From positions 22,610,299-22,674,298 of the forward strand of contig NC_134025.1 in NCBI RefSeq assembly GCF_964204645.1: a DNA stretch of 64,000 nucleotides, in the 5' to 3' direction. A model generated the notes under the pieces. That model did not search any database. It was not told the origin of the DNA and saw only the letters and a program-made list of their open reading frames with translations. A program made the translations under genes and the position numbers. This stretch comes from Tubulanus polymorphus (Eukaryota > Animalia > Nemertea). Of this stretch, positions 42,301 through 53,664 are shown piece by piece; the stretch's first letter is position 1; the number at the start of each line of letters is the position of its first letter.

Positions 42301-45300
42301 AATGAATTTTAACAATTTTTCTTTCTTTCGTTGCTTTTGCTGAACTAATTAATGCATGTTAGAATGTGTATGTCATCGTATAAGTCATTTTAACCGAGGT
42401 TTATTATATGTATATCGATTGATTGTTGAGCACGTTGCATGTCTGCTTTTTACAGAATCTATCGGACTTAGATCAAGATTTGGAGCCCGTTGTTGATGCC
42501 AGCGATGGCTTCAGCGATTTCAGCTCGGAAATAGATGAGTTGTATCAGCAAATCCAATTACTAACCGATTCGAATGCCCTGCTTGAAAATGAGCGTGATA
42601 TACTTTCCTCAGAAAAGGTTCGATACAATTTTTGCATTTTCATATACATGTATCATAGAATATTCTAATCATGAAGAGTTCTGAAGTTATTGCATCTTAT
42701 TGCATGTCACTTAAGGATATAACCAACCGCAATAGACATACTAAAAGAAAGCATTAAAGATTTCTTTATTTATTGATAATTCATCGTACAGATTTATATC
42801 GAATAAGTGTGTCATGTATTTTTAGGAGTTACTATTGAAAGAAATGCAAGATTTGAGAAGAAGTAATGATAACTTGAAAGCTTCATTAGCTGATAAAGGT
42901 AAATAGATAATACCTATTTGATACAAATGAATTGTGAATGAGCGTTTATGGAAAAATGTTTCCGGTAGAAATTGCGATACCTACTCATTTTCAATTTCTC
43001 AATTTCAGATCCGCTGGATGAACTGCAAAAAGAAATCGATGACCTCAGCCAAAAACTTCACGACAAGGAAGCTACTGTCAATGAATTGACTAGTGAAAGG
43101 GATGGGCTAATGTTGAGTTTAGAAGAATTGGACACACAACATCAAACAGTCATCGACAAATTACTGGAAACGAGGGACAGTCTTTTGAAAAACAACGAAA
43201 ATCTGTCCCAGCAGGTTGTGTTTCTCGAGGAGCAAACTGAAAAATGTGAACGGCGCATCAACGATCTTAAACGCGAATGTAACTCATTGCGTTCGGAACG
43301 AGAAGTTCTGCAGAAAGATTTACACCAAGCACAAACTGAAATCGAATCATGTCATCAGGAAATATCCATTATCGGCAAAGATAAAGACGAACAGTGGCAG
43401 CTGTTGAAGGATCGTAACTCTGACCTGCAGCAGCAGATATTAAACTTGAATGACGATGTAACGCGTGCAAAGAAAGATAAAGAAACTTTGAAATTGCAGC
43501 TTGATGATACAAATAAACTCGAAACGGAAGATCGGCAAAAAATTGATTCTCTAGTCGATAAATATACCTCGCTCAAGTCAGACAGGGATGATCTCATTAA
43601 GGAACTGACCTCGATGAAGGAAGAAAATGATGTCTTGAAATCGGAGTGCGCAAAGCTGAATATTGAAATTCGTAACAAAAACGATGCTTATGACAGTTTA
43701 GAGATGATAAAGAATGATCTTGAAATCAGCGTTTCTGTCCTCGAAGATGAGGTTACTCAGGCGCGAAGCAGACAAGAAGATTTGGAGATGGAAAATATGC
43801 AATTGCAGTCAAGTATGCAAACGTCGTCTGCTGATAGCACATCAACGAAAAATACATCCGCAGATTTTGAGTCTCAGGTACGGAGTTTAAAACTCGAATT
43901 AGATAGGAGCTTAACCGATAACGCTGAGTATGAAACCAGAATCAATGAGCTCGAAACGAGCATTTCCAGTTTAAGCAGCCAGAATGAAAAACTGAATGAG
44001 GCACTGAATAATATGGCAGATTTGCGCAAAGAGGAGTGTTCAGTTGATTACACAAAGCAAATTAGTGAATTGAAAATGATCATTGATGCCCTGAAATCTG
44101 AGAAGATGACGTTAGAAGGCGATGTATTTAAAGCAGAACAGAAGGTGTCCGATACCACAAAGCATTTTGAAAATTATATACAGGAGATGAAAGAAATCCG
44201 CCAACTCGATACGAGTTCATTGGAAGGGGAGGTTGATCGTTGGATGAATTTACACCATGAGAAAGAACTTGCAATTAGTGAATTAGAGGGTAGAAATGAT
44301 CAATTAGAATCAGATTTAGCAGACAGCAAAGAGCTGTTGCAGTCGACAATAGATGGACAACAACCATTGACCGATCTTTTGAATGAAAGAGAGTTGGAGA
44401 TAACAGAACTTAAAAAGGATAATGGGAAACTTATCGCAGATCTGGAACAGAAGGCAGAGAGAATGGAATTGCTGATGAGTGAAGCAACAGCCAGCAAAGA
44501 TCTCGGTAAACAAATCATCAACTTGAAAGAGGAAAATTCGAAACTACAGCAACATCTAAATGAATTGTTATCAGAACAGGACTGTGAAAAACTTGATGCT
44601 AAGACACTGGATATTATAACCGATTTAGAAAGTGAAATAACGAAGTTGAATTCTAAACTAGTAGATAAAAACAACGAATTGCAAAAATCAACTGAGTTAG
44701 TGAATGATTTGCAGTCTGATTTGTTGACTCTTGATGAACAGAAGGAGGAATCTACAGGCCAGATCACTAAGTTACAGAATCAAATTGCTCAACTGCAAGA
44801 AAATCTTATTCAAAAAGATGAGGAACTCGATAACATTAGTATTGAATTAACGAAATACCAGAAGTCTGCGGTCTCATCGCGTGAATCCATATCATCTGAA
44901 AATGGTGTTATCTGTGATAATGATATTAACACTGAAGCTGTTTGCAATGGAGATCTTGATGATGATGATGATGATGATATACATCTTTCTAAACATGATA
45001 ATTCGTCTCTGCAAAAGATAATAGCTGACCGTGATGAAATCATTGCCGAATTGAAAAACAATAATTCATCGTTGTTGCGAATGCTAGAAGATAAATCTCT
45101 ATCACACGGGAACAAATCATTGCTCGAAATTCATAAACTGAATGAACAAGTGAGACTCTTACAGATGGAGAAGGAGCAGATGATGTCTGTCATGACGGAA
45201 AAGTCTAGAGAAGCTAGTAAACTGAAAGGTGAAGTTCATCGTTTGATGAATGTTGTGTCAGCGGAGAAGGTCGCGATCGAGAAATTGCAAAAAGACAACA

Positions 45301-48300
45301 ACGAAATCATGAATCGTTCAAATCCAAATGAAGACATGCAAAAAGAAACGGTGAAGAAACTCGCCCAGATAATCCGTGATAAAGATTTAGAGATCGAATC
45401 GTTAGCGCAGAAAAATGACACACTGTTACAAGTGCTGCAGGAAAGTGGCGAAAATAAAGACGGTGCCAGAATCAACGATTTGATACTCGAGCGGGAAAAT
45501 CTGTCAAAACAGTTGGCACTGTATCAGCAGGACCGGGAACAAATTATAGCAGCGTTGAACCAGAAACACCAGGAGAGTTTGGGATATCACGCCGAGGTGC
45601 AGAGGTTGTCTAATGTCATATCAGCGGATTCAGAGAAACATGATAAACTCGAACAGGATTATGCGAACTTAAAACTTCAATACGAAGATAAGCAACAAAC
45701 ATTGCTCAAAGCTCAAAACGAGCTGATAAACTATAAACAGAAATATTCAGAACTCGAAACTCGATTCAAAGAGTTAGTGTCTAGTCAGGATGGTCAAAGC
45801 GTCGATATTCGATTATTCGATGAAAAATGTGGTGAAATCAATGAATTAAGTCAGTGTCTCAAGTCGAAGGATATTGTGATCTCAGAGAAGGATGATGTAA
45901 TCATGGAAAAGGACAAGGTTGTCTCCGAACTCAGTAAAAAGATTGAGACTGTTGAGTTGAAGGTGAAAAATAAGGAGAATGAGATCCACTCGTTAAAAAA
46001 ACAAATAGAAAAACTGAATTTTGAGTTGAAAGAGCTGGAAATAAAGTTAGTAGATTCTAATAAGGAAATCGAACACACTCAAAAAAGATCTAATAGTCAA
46101 ACGTCGGAGGTCTCTGCTTTAAAAGAAAGTCATAATAAATTAACAATGTTGCTGCAAGAGAAAGAATTCGAAATTCAGGCTTACAAAGAAAAGCAGATGA
46201 CTTTAACTCAGTTGTTTGAAGAGAAGGGCGAACGTCATGGCAACAAGGAGGACATAGAACAATGGATGAAATCAAATGAAATTTTGCAGGAACAAGCGAA
46301 AACATTCCAACTTGAACGGGACCAAATGAGTTTAAGCCTTCAGCAGAAGCACGCTGAACTTATTGAACTTCAAAATAAGGTTAGTCAAATGATTGCGAAT
46401 TGATTTTCAATGTTGTCATAATGTATCTAGTACGATATAATTTTATATGTGGGTTTAAATGATTGGAAAAAGAACTCTTATCATAAAACCTTCGATTTGC
46501 TATTGAATATTGACCTGAAATCTGTAGATTTCTTGAAGCTTTGCTGAATTAACTCTATAACATGTTTTTGAATACTATTTCAAGATGAGCTTTAAGAAGG
46601 GGTTTTTATCATTACAGGCACAATTCCATGTCGAACGAGAGCAAAAGTTAACAAAGGAATTGGACAGGTTGCGCACCCACCTAATACAGGTATGCAAAAT
46701 AGTAATTAATTGAATATACGATATGAAATGTAAAATATGTTTCAAGCAAAAATTGATTTAAATTTTAGAAATTGAGGTCGCCGTAATTTGAAATTTTGCT
46801 CTATTTGTTAATTCACCGGAGACGAATTGATATATGGAGCAAAAGTTTATCCATGGTGATACAAACACAATGCGCTATTTCTGGAATGGATATTACAATG
46901 AGCCTTTTTTTCTGATAGATTGAAGAGGGATACACCCAGGAAGCCTTAGAATCTGAGGAGCGAGAAAAGGAACTGCGCAATAAACTAGCGATGGCTGAGG
47001 ATCGAGCGCAATCGTCGTCGTCAGCGATCCAGTCGGCCAATCAACACGCTTCAGAACAGGTCGACGGTCTGCAGCAACAGCTACATCTAGTTATTGAACA
47101 ACGAGATACCGCGTTGCACCATCTTGCTCAGCGAGAAGAGCATCTAAAACAGTACGCCGCTTCACTCGCTAATCTGCAAATGGTTTTGGAGCAGTTCCAA
47201 ATAGGTGAGTGCATTCATTGTTCTTGCATTGAATTAGTTGTCAAACTGTATTACAGGTACAGTATAAGGTGAAGGTCACATTGAAGTTGGCTGAAGTGAT
47301 AAATTTAGATTCGAATTGATAGAAATGTCAATTTATCATTGCTCGGTGGTAATAACGTTACAAGCAGACATAACCGTGGGTGGGAATCTACAGATACCAG
47401 TCGCGTGCCATTTTATCACAAATATGAAACATCTTCTTCTTTTCAGAAAAAGACGATCAACTGGCTGCTGAAGTTGAGAAACATCAGCGCGAAATTGCTG
47501 CCAACATTAAGGATAATAGATGTTTACAAGAACGTATAGTTTCACTTGAAGTACGTTACCTGATTTTATATTAAGTTAGTAGCTTATCGCACATAACCTA
47601 ATGTGAAACCGCTATGAATCAGTTTTTCATTTTCATAACAATAATTTCCATTCGTATTTATCTTGAATTATGTATCGCAAACAGACTTAAATGCAATGAT
47701 TCTGATAGGGGTATTTGCGAATGAGTACAAAAGATAATGAAAGATATCAACTTCCTCTTCATCATTATGTTTTTGTATGTAAGTTTTGCCATCATTATTC
47801 GTAGGACGAAGTCAGAGATGCACAAGATGCATTGGAGGCTGCTTCCCGTATTAGCGAACAACTTGATAGAAAAGAAGAAATCATCGGTGCCTTGAAAGAA
47901 GAAGGTAAATTTATGCTTTTCTGCGTATGCTTTTGTGCCTGTCATCTAGCCAAATTAACATTTACTCGCTTAGTATCTTGAACTATTTTAAAATCCTAAT
48001 AAGACTAACAGTTACAGAAAAACTAATGATTTAACTCAGATATTTGATTTGAAGGGAATATTTTATGTCAAATCCATAATAACAGTATTTTTATTGGCTT
48101 AAGAAAATACTTGAGTTACAAACTTTGAATATAGTGTGTTTCACATGTACAGGGAAATTTCTGGTCTGGTAGGACTAACTTTTGTATGAAGTACTTAACT
48201 GCTTTGTGCGTACGCGGGGACATGTACTTGGCAGTTTGGATTGTTCAGATATGAACTGTGGATGCGTGGATGCGACTAACCTTACCAATGTTAGTTTAAT

Positions 48301-50669
48301 CTCAGCTGGTAATTCGGAGTGATCGTCGAACTCGCAATTGCCCGCCGAGGTTTCATTAATGTCGGCTTCTAACAACATTAATTCGTAGCGCTGATAATAT
48401 ACATATTTATTCTGCATATCATTTAACCGCTTAGAAATATATTATATTCGTACTCGGCAAGTTTCTGCTCACACTGAGAGTGAGCTCGGATACGCGTTCA
48501 GGATATTGATGAGGATGCTGTTCTATCTATTATGTGTGTTCTGTTGCTTTGTGTGACTGCTATTCGCCCATGTGGCTTGTAGTTATTAGCTGCCAATAGT
48601 TGTGTAATCTCAGCTGGTAATATTGAGTAGAAAACGCACATGTCTGCTCAGGTTACTGGTTGGGATTCTACAAATGTTGGCTTTCCCAGCATGCACAATA
48701 ACACGATGCACTACTTTACTACTTAGACAAAAAGCTTGCTCAAAACTAATAACAATGATCACGTTGTTCGAGGGACTGTTTCTTCGCGCGACGTGGATGT
48801 GAATTCGAGCGCCGCTGATTTGAGGATGGGACGATGTTCCCACGCTGTGAGTATTACATCAGGTACTGATACCACTTCTCAGTACCTTTTGTGATATTCA
48901 TAGTATGGTGAGCAATTAACAGCATGATGATGGCGAATATGCATGGATTTGACGAATTTAATTGAAGTTATATTCGAAATCGTTTTTGTTCTTTTTTCAT
49001 TCACACGAGTGTTGATATTTATATTATTCGACTTCCTTTCTTTGCTCTGTGCTGCTCAGAGCAGCTTTCAATATGCCCATCTTTAATAACTGTCATACTC
49101 TTTCAAATTGCAGTTCAACTTCGAGAAGCTGCTGCTAAACAGGCTGAAGAAGAAATACGAAAGCTGAGTTCGAATTCAGAAGCCAAGGTTGATAAGTAAG
49201 TTGAAATGTTATCGTTTTGAAAGACCAGATTCACATTTGTGAAAATATGAATTATCTGAGCATGGTTGTAGACATTTTATAGACTGGTATCAACTTAAAC
49301 CTGAGGGGATTAACTCAAATGAAACTGAATTAAGTTAACCCCCAGGTTAAAGTTATTGCCAGTCTATGAAACTTGACTCTGAAGACCGATAAGCTAAGAA
49401 TTGGCCCATTTATCTGATCCATTTCAAAGTTTTTGGCCCTGTGAATCTTCATGTCATTTGATTCTCATTCTTTTCAGGACAGTCATAAAGAATCTCTTCA
49501 TGGGATATTTCCACACTCCGCAAAATAAACGTCAAGAAGTTCTCAGACTGATTGGCAGTATCCTTGATTTTACTCATGATGATATGCAGCAGGTATGGAA
49601 ACACATTCATATTGAATTGATATGTTAATGTAGTTAAGTCGGTTGTGGGTGCAATTTTGGACAGTGCTGCCCTTGTTTTCTTGACTCTATATTGAAATTC
49701 ACAACCCTGGTCTAAATGATATATCCTTTTTTATCTTAACAGTTACATTGTTAAGTCTAGTAATTTGATTAGTATGCTTTCTTCGGAGTTCTAAAGCGCT
49801 TATGATATTAATATCTTTCGCATTTTATATTAGATTGGAGCTGAATCAGGTGGTGGCTGGTTACCAAGTTGGATGCGTCGTTCACCTGCACCTAGTCCTG
49901 TAACGCCTATCCGGACGACTCAACGAACCAACAGGTCTCTAGATCATGTAAGTGTTATCTGTAATAAGCGTTGGATCGAGCGACCCTTCAAAAGTTATAC
50001 GTGTACTTCAGAATTATTGCCAAATCATGAATGTGTAACTGTAAATTATTATGAACATTCACCCAGATTGCAGCATATGGCATAGCCGAATTTAACCAAT
50101 TTATTCTGCTTATCCAACAATTTACCTTACCCATTAAAATTCATAGAATTTATTTGTGCTAAACATGCTGTGTGCCATCATGGAGATTCATGTTGGGTTT
50201 ACTAACATGGTAAATATGATATATGATGATATTTGATATATATATTCAATATATATAGATATAATGTTTCGTTTTGCAGTCATTCTCAGAAATGTTCATC
50301 AAGTTTCTTGAAAATGAATCAACTCCGAAACAAAATATTCGCCTTCCCGCCGAGGAAATGGCAAAAGACGTACAAAGAATGCACCAGAAACACCATCGCG
50401 AATCGCATTCTGTGTCTCAGTTACCTCAGCATAAGCACCAACAGCCGGCATTCAATCCATTCTCCGCTCCACGCCACGCGGCCATGCCGATTCAAATCGG
50501 TATGAATTCGTCAACCTCTCACGATTCTCACATATTAATCAATGCCGAAACGCCGTCGTTTTCGATGACGCCGCTCGCACCGGCGGCCGACAACATTCCG
50601 GGCTCGGGTCATTCTCATGCGGCTACGTCGAGCAGTCATATACTAAAAGACGTGCTACAGAAGCAATGA
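17853..50669 (+). CDS. TRIP11: Golgin GMAP-210 / thyroid receptor-interacting protein 11 (cis-Golgi coiled-coil tether), about 2435 aa
   Basis: Exons: 17853-17946, 21149-21225, 22133-22243, 25626-25755, 32405-32538, 34482-34565, 35145-35307, 35907-36472, 36645-36819, 38235-38338, 39701-39835, 40096-40315, 40478-40529, 41014-41329, 41653-41730 (less certain), 42456-42617, 42826-42898, 43009-46379, 46618-46689, 46919-47204, 47447-47550, 47805-47904, 49114-49195, 49478-49592, 49834-49947, 50280-50669. They join in frame (7308 nt). Motifs: N-terminal MSWLSGGISSLTDQISNFTKEVLTEGTEEV, MDFGDVISSQHEINRL, long coiled coil, GRAB domain [35 protein letters not shown], GA1 motif SFSEMFIKFLENES, C-terminal ILKDVLQKQ. 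Confidence 0.93.
20243..20363. mobile_element. Short palindromic MITE
   Basis: CCAGTTGCTCAAA..TTTGAGCAACTGG. Comparable 90-120 bp palindromic elements occur at about 4667-4772 and 49275-49371. Confidence 0.6.
20587..21001. mobile_element. Non-autonomous DNA transposon with CAGGG/CCCTG ends and 5-bp TSD (family F, copy 1)
   Basis: AATGC|CAGGGTC..GACCCTG|AATGC; reverse-complement similarity to 54074-54414. Confidence 0.75.
26133..26508. repeat. Minisatellite, 4 x 94 bp
   Basis: Near-identical units (CGGATCAGCACTGTACTTTCATTTAACGTACG..TAATGATTACGAT) starting at 26133, 26227, 26321 and 26415. Confidence 0.95.
28030..28314. mobile_element. MITE family A, copy 3
   Basis: AGCCGCGATG..GATCGCGCGGCT, flanked by ATT/ATT. 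Confidence 0.8.
29007..29259. mobile_element. MITE family A, copy 4
   Basis: AGCTGCGATCAC..GTGATCGCGGCT, flanked by TAT/TAT; opposite orientation to copy 3, about 700 bp away. Confidence 0.8.
33618..33944. mobile_element. MITE family C, copy 2
   Basis: AGTCATCCTCCCTCAGTAGGGATTCAATCCTGATGGCAT..ATGCCATCAGGTTCGAATCCCTGCCAGGGGAGAAGGATGACT; shares internal GCTGAGGCAAATTTC with copy 1. Confidence 0.75.
40610..40795. mobile_element. MITE family A, degenerate fragment
   Basis: AGTTGCGATG..AGCATTTTTGGCCC..CTGAGCCAACTTTTAGCACGGGTCAA matches the left part of copy 4. Confidence 0.6.
43009..46379 (+). CDS. TRIP11: Giant 3371-nt coiled-coil exon of TRIP11/GMAP-210
   Basis: Lies inside ORF 42972-46403; acceptor aatttcag at 43001-43008, donor AAG|gttagt at 46379. 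Heptad-rich E/K/L/Q sequence with TRIP11-like segments IIRDKDLEIESLAQKNDTLLQVLQ and ALNQKHQESLGYHAEVQRL. Confidence 0.92.
48285..48365 (+). ncRNA. mir-216: microRNA precursor, miR-216 family (first copy)
   Basis: 5p arm TAATCTCAGCTGGTAATTCGGAG at 48297-48319 has the miR-216 seed AAUCUCA. It pairs with CTCGCAATTGCCCGCCGAGGTTT (48331-48353); basal stem CCAATGTTAGT/ATTAATGTCGG. Sense to the host TRIP11 intron 47905-49113. Confidence 0.9.
48592..48681 (+). ncRNA. mir-216: microRNA precursor, miR-216 family (second copy)
   Basis: 5p arm TAATCTCAGCTGGTAATATTGAG at 48605-48627 pairs with CTCAGGTTACTGGTTGGGATT (48647-48667); basal stem GCCAATAGTTGTG/TACAAATGTTGGC. Confidence 0.9.
48836..48913 (+). 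ncRNA. mir-12: microRNA precursor mir-12
   Basis: 5p arm TGAGTATTACATCAGGTACTGA at 48848-48869 matches mature miR-12 as I recall it. Star arm AGTACCTTTTGTGATATTCATA at 48881-48902; basal stem GTTCCCACGCTG/TAGTATGGTGAGC; CNNC (CAGC) at 48920-48923. Confidence 0.93.
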
Positions 50670-51225
50670 CGCTAGTTCACCGCACTGGTAGTTTTCAAAG
50701 AAAATAATCGTCGTTCTCATATCATTTAAAAAGACCACAATTCGAATATCATCAATAGTTGTACTTTTGTCACTTGCATTTTGGGCCTGGCTCACGAATT
50801 ACCGGTTAAGTTATTAACGTAAGCACTGATGATTTGTAAATATGGTGCAAAAAAGCAACGGCCAGTATGTGGTGGACCAGTGGTGTGTGATAGCTAAATG
50901 GTAGATTTCCCATAGTTTTAGACGTAAAGCTTGAAATGATGATCTACCTCTGGGTACAGAGTCTAGTTGTATTAATGTGGTTAATCTGCTTGCCATAATC
51001 AAAATTACATAAAATGGGTTTCGAATGGGGGTTATGTTCGTTTGCTTGTTTTTGATAAATTCTTGGATGTTTTGTCTTGGTTTGTTTTACAATGCAATTT
51101 TGGGCGAGATTTCTTCAATGTCTTAAAAGGTTGAAGCTATTGAATATATTATTGTAAATTCAAATATATATATATATAAAATCTATTTATTGCTGTAAAT
51201 TTGTACATAACGTGTTATATCAAAT

Positions 51226-51231
51226 AATAAA
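51226..51231 (+). terminator. Candidate polyadenylation signal of TRIP11
   Basis: AATAAA about 560 nt after the stop codon, preceded by TGTA elements and followed by GT-rich sequence. Confidence 0.45.
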
Positions 51232-52809
51232 TGAATATTGTACAGGGTACAGCTCTTAATTTCATACAGTTAGTTGTTCGGTATCTTTGGTGGCTTCTGT
51301 TACTTGAAGGACTTCAAGGGGTCGTCTTGTTGTTAGGATTAGCAGGGATCATATGAAACCTCTTAATGACATGATTGCAAGCTATATGTTTCCCGGAGAT
51401 GTGTTTAAGCCAAATTTGATAAAGATATCAAGGGCATTAATTGCATCCCTGGGCGAAGAATATGATCATCCTTAGATAACCAGGCATATTGAAAATATCA
51501 CATTTCAAGTACCGTTACCTTCCCTGTTTTCACAGCATCAAAGATGATGGTATCGTAATTGTAATGAAAATATCTTTAGTCATGTTGCGGTAATAACAAA
51601 CCTATCAACATTTTTGGAATTGCCCCTATTCACCATTGTGCTAATGCATGATGATGTCTTAGCAATCGGATGAAAAAATATCTGTTAAGTCCTGTCGTTA
51701 GTGAGTACCTAACCTTGAGTATGTGATTTAAGCTAGTATCGATTGTCCTAGTGAAGGGGGATAGTCCTTTGCTGATTGATACCTGCTTCAGTTCCTGACA
51801 TGGCATCAAGCCCCTTGCTGACCTAATGACCCGGGATATCCTCTCGGCTACCATCCAAATACAGTATAGACCAAAACAAGAATTTGATATAGGAAGATGC
51901 ATTTAGACATATCTACACAAAATGCTTTTTGTAACGAAAACAATAAATACTTCTTATAAGCACATATGTATAATTACACCAGATACATCAACATTTGTGA
52001 ACCCATGTTCTAGTGTTGACTGCCAGCCACACAGACACAAGCCGAACCTACAGAACCTTTTAGGTTCCGAGGCACAATAAAAAAGTACGGAAATCTGAAA
52101 GGACATGCTGATTGCTATTTGTTGATGTCAAATGCCTGCTGTTTGCCTATATTGCATTGAGCCATTCTGTGCATGCCTAGTTCAGTCGTATGATCCAAAA
52201 TAAAATCTATTTCAATTCTAAAAAAATGATAGGCCTACTCCCATTATCAACACAACTTTCTAAAAAGTTGACGATAAGGAAGATCAACAAGATGGCTTTC
52301 TAGTATCTTTTAAAATTTTTCTATCTATCAGTACTGCCGGAGAGGAGGTCGAGCCAGAGATATAGGCAACAAATTTTGTTTGTACGACATCGACAGCTAG
52401 CAATCGGCATGTCCCTTCTGATATACTGTAAAAGAGGGTCGATAAACGGTATCCTTTTTTGGGGAAAAAACATTATGCACACAATTGCAAACAACATAAG
52501 ATTCAATTGAAAACAAAACAATAATAACAACTTACATTTGATTTTCGGGAAATTTAAGACCTGTGGTATACTATGTATACAGGAAATCAGATCTACTGAA
52601 AAGCTTAATACAATATCTATAATATCAGTCAACGTCTTGATTAATTGGCACCTGCTTTAGGATAATTAAATACATATATCATTTAATCAAATCATAATCG
52701 ATTATAACGTAACTTAAAATTGTAATCATTTCTCATTGTCAATACTGCAGTATAATACATGAAATATGCAGTACGTAGCATCCCGGAAAAAGTTAGAGAC
52801 CACCGTATT

Positions 52810-52974
52810 GGGATCGTTCATTTAATACGTACGCATAAAATTTGACTTTTTCAAACCCGCCCTCACCCCTGTACGCAAAAACCGCCATTTTTTCATATAC
52901 ATTAAGCATTACAGTACACAATTGCATTGACTCCTCCCCCTCCCCCAATGCGTACGTAATGAATGGATGATCCC
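52810..52974. mobile_element. Short MITE with 3-bp TSD
   Basis: ATT|GGGATCGTTCATTTAATACGTACGC..GCGTACGTAATGAATGGATGATCCC|ATT. Confidence 0.75.
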
Positions 52975-53664
52975 ATTTCAGAAAGCTCCCAAAAGTTTGG
53001 ATGCATTATACCATAGAGTATGCTGGAGAAACTGAAGAAACTCGAAAATACAGAGTCGAAATATCAAGGAATATTCAGAGAAGTTGTGAGTGAATAATTT
53101 GATTATTACCCAGTACTCTCAATGAACAGCTTAAGTTTTATTGTAGTTACATGAATATTCGAAAATATAAGTTAACACCGGGAGAACACTGCTGGGCAGT
53201 ACACAAAATACAGTAAATCATTATAGTACCAACTGAATTAACAAATATTTATGCATGGTTAAATCACAGTGCGTTGTAGACACACTATAACTATGTGCCC
53301 ATTATTCCCTGGGGTGGAATTTTTTTTTCAAATCTTGAATTATCTACAGCACTTTAGGGTATTAATTAGTCACAACTGAAAGACTTAAGAAATAACCAAG
53401 AGCTGATAAATGGCGTACCGGTATTTTCATAGATACAATATCGAGCGTTGACGAAACATTCCACCTTTCAGCAGCAATAAGGGTACTTAAGTAAATCAGA
53501 ATGTTGGAGGGAGAACCGAGACCCTTTTTTGCTCAGCATTCATACTAGGCCTACTACATGTATCGGGGTCTAATGTATTTTTCAGTTCAAACGTTGAAAG
53601 TGTCAAATGCAGATATGACCCTGGAAAAACAATGAAACATCTGTGAAGACGCGACTATATAACT

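Noticed and set aside
43216-46305. Multiple antisense and alternative-frame ORFs within the giant exon
   Set aside because: Shadow ORFs caused by coiled-coil codon bias; Ser/Phe-rich with no independent evidence.
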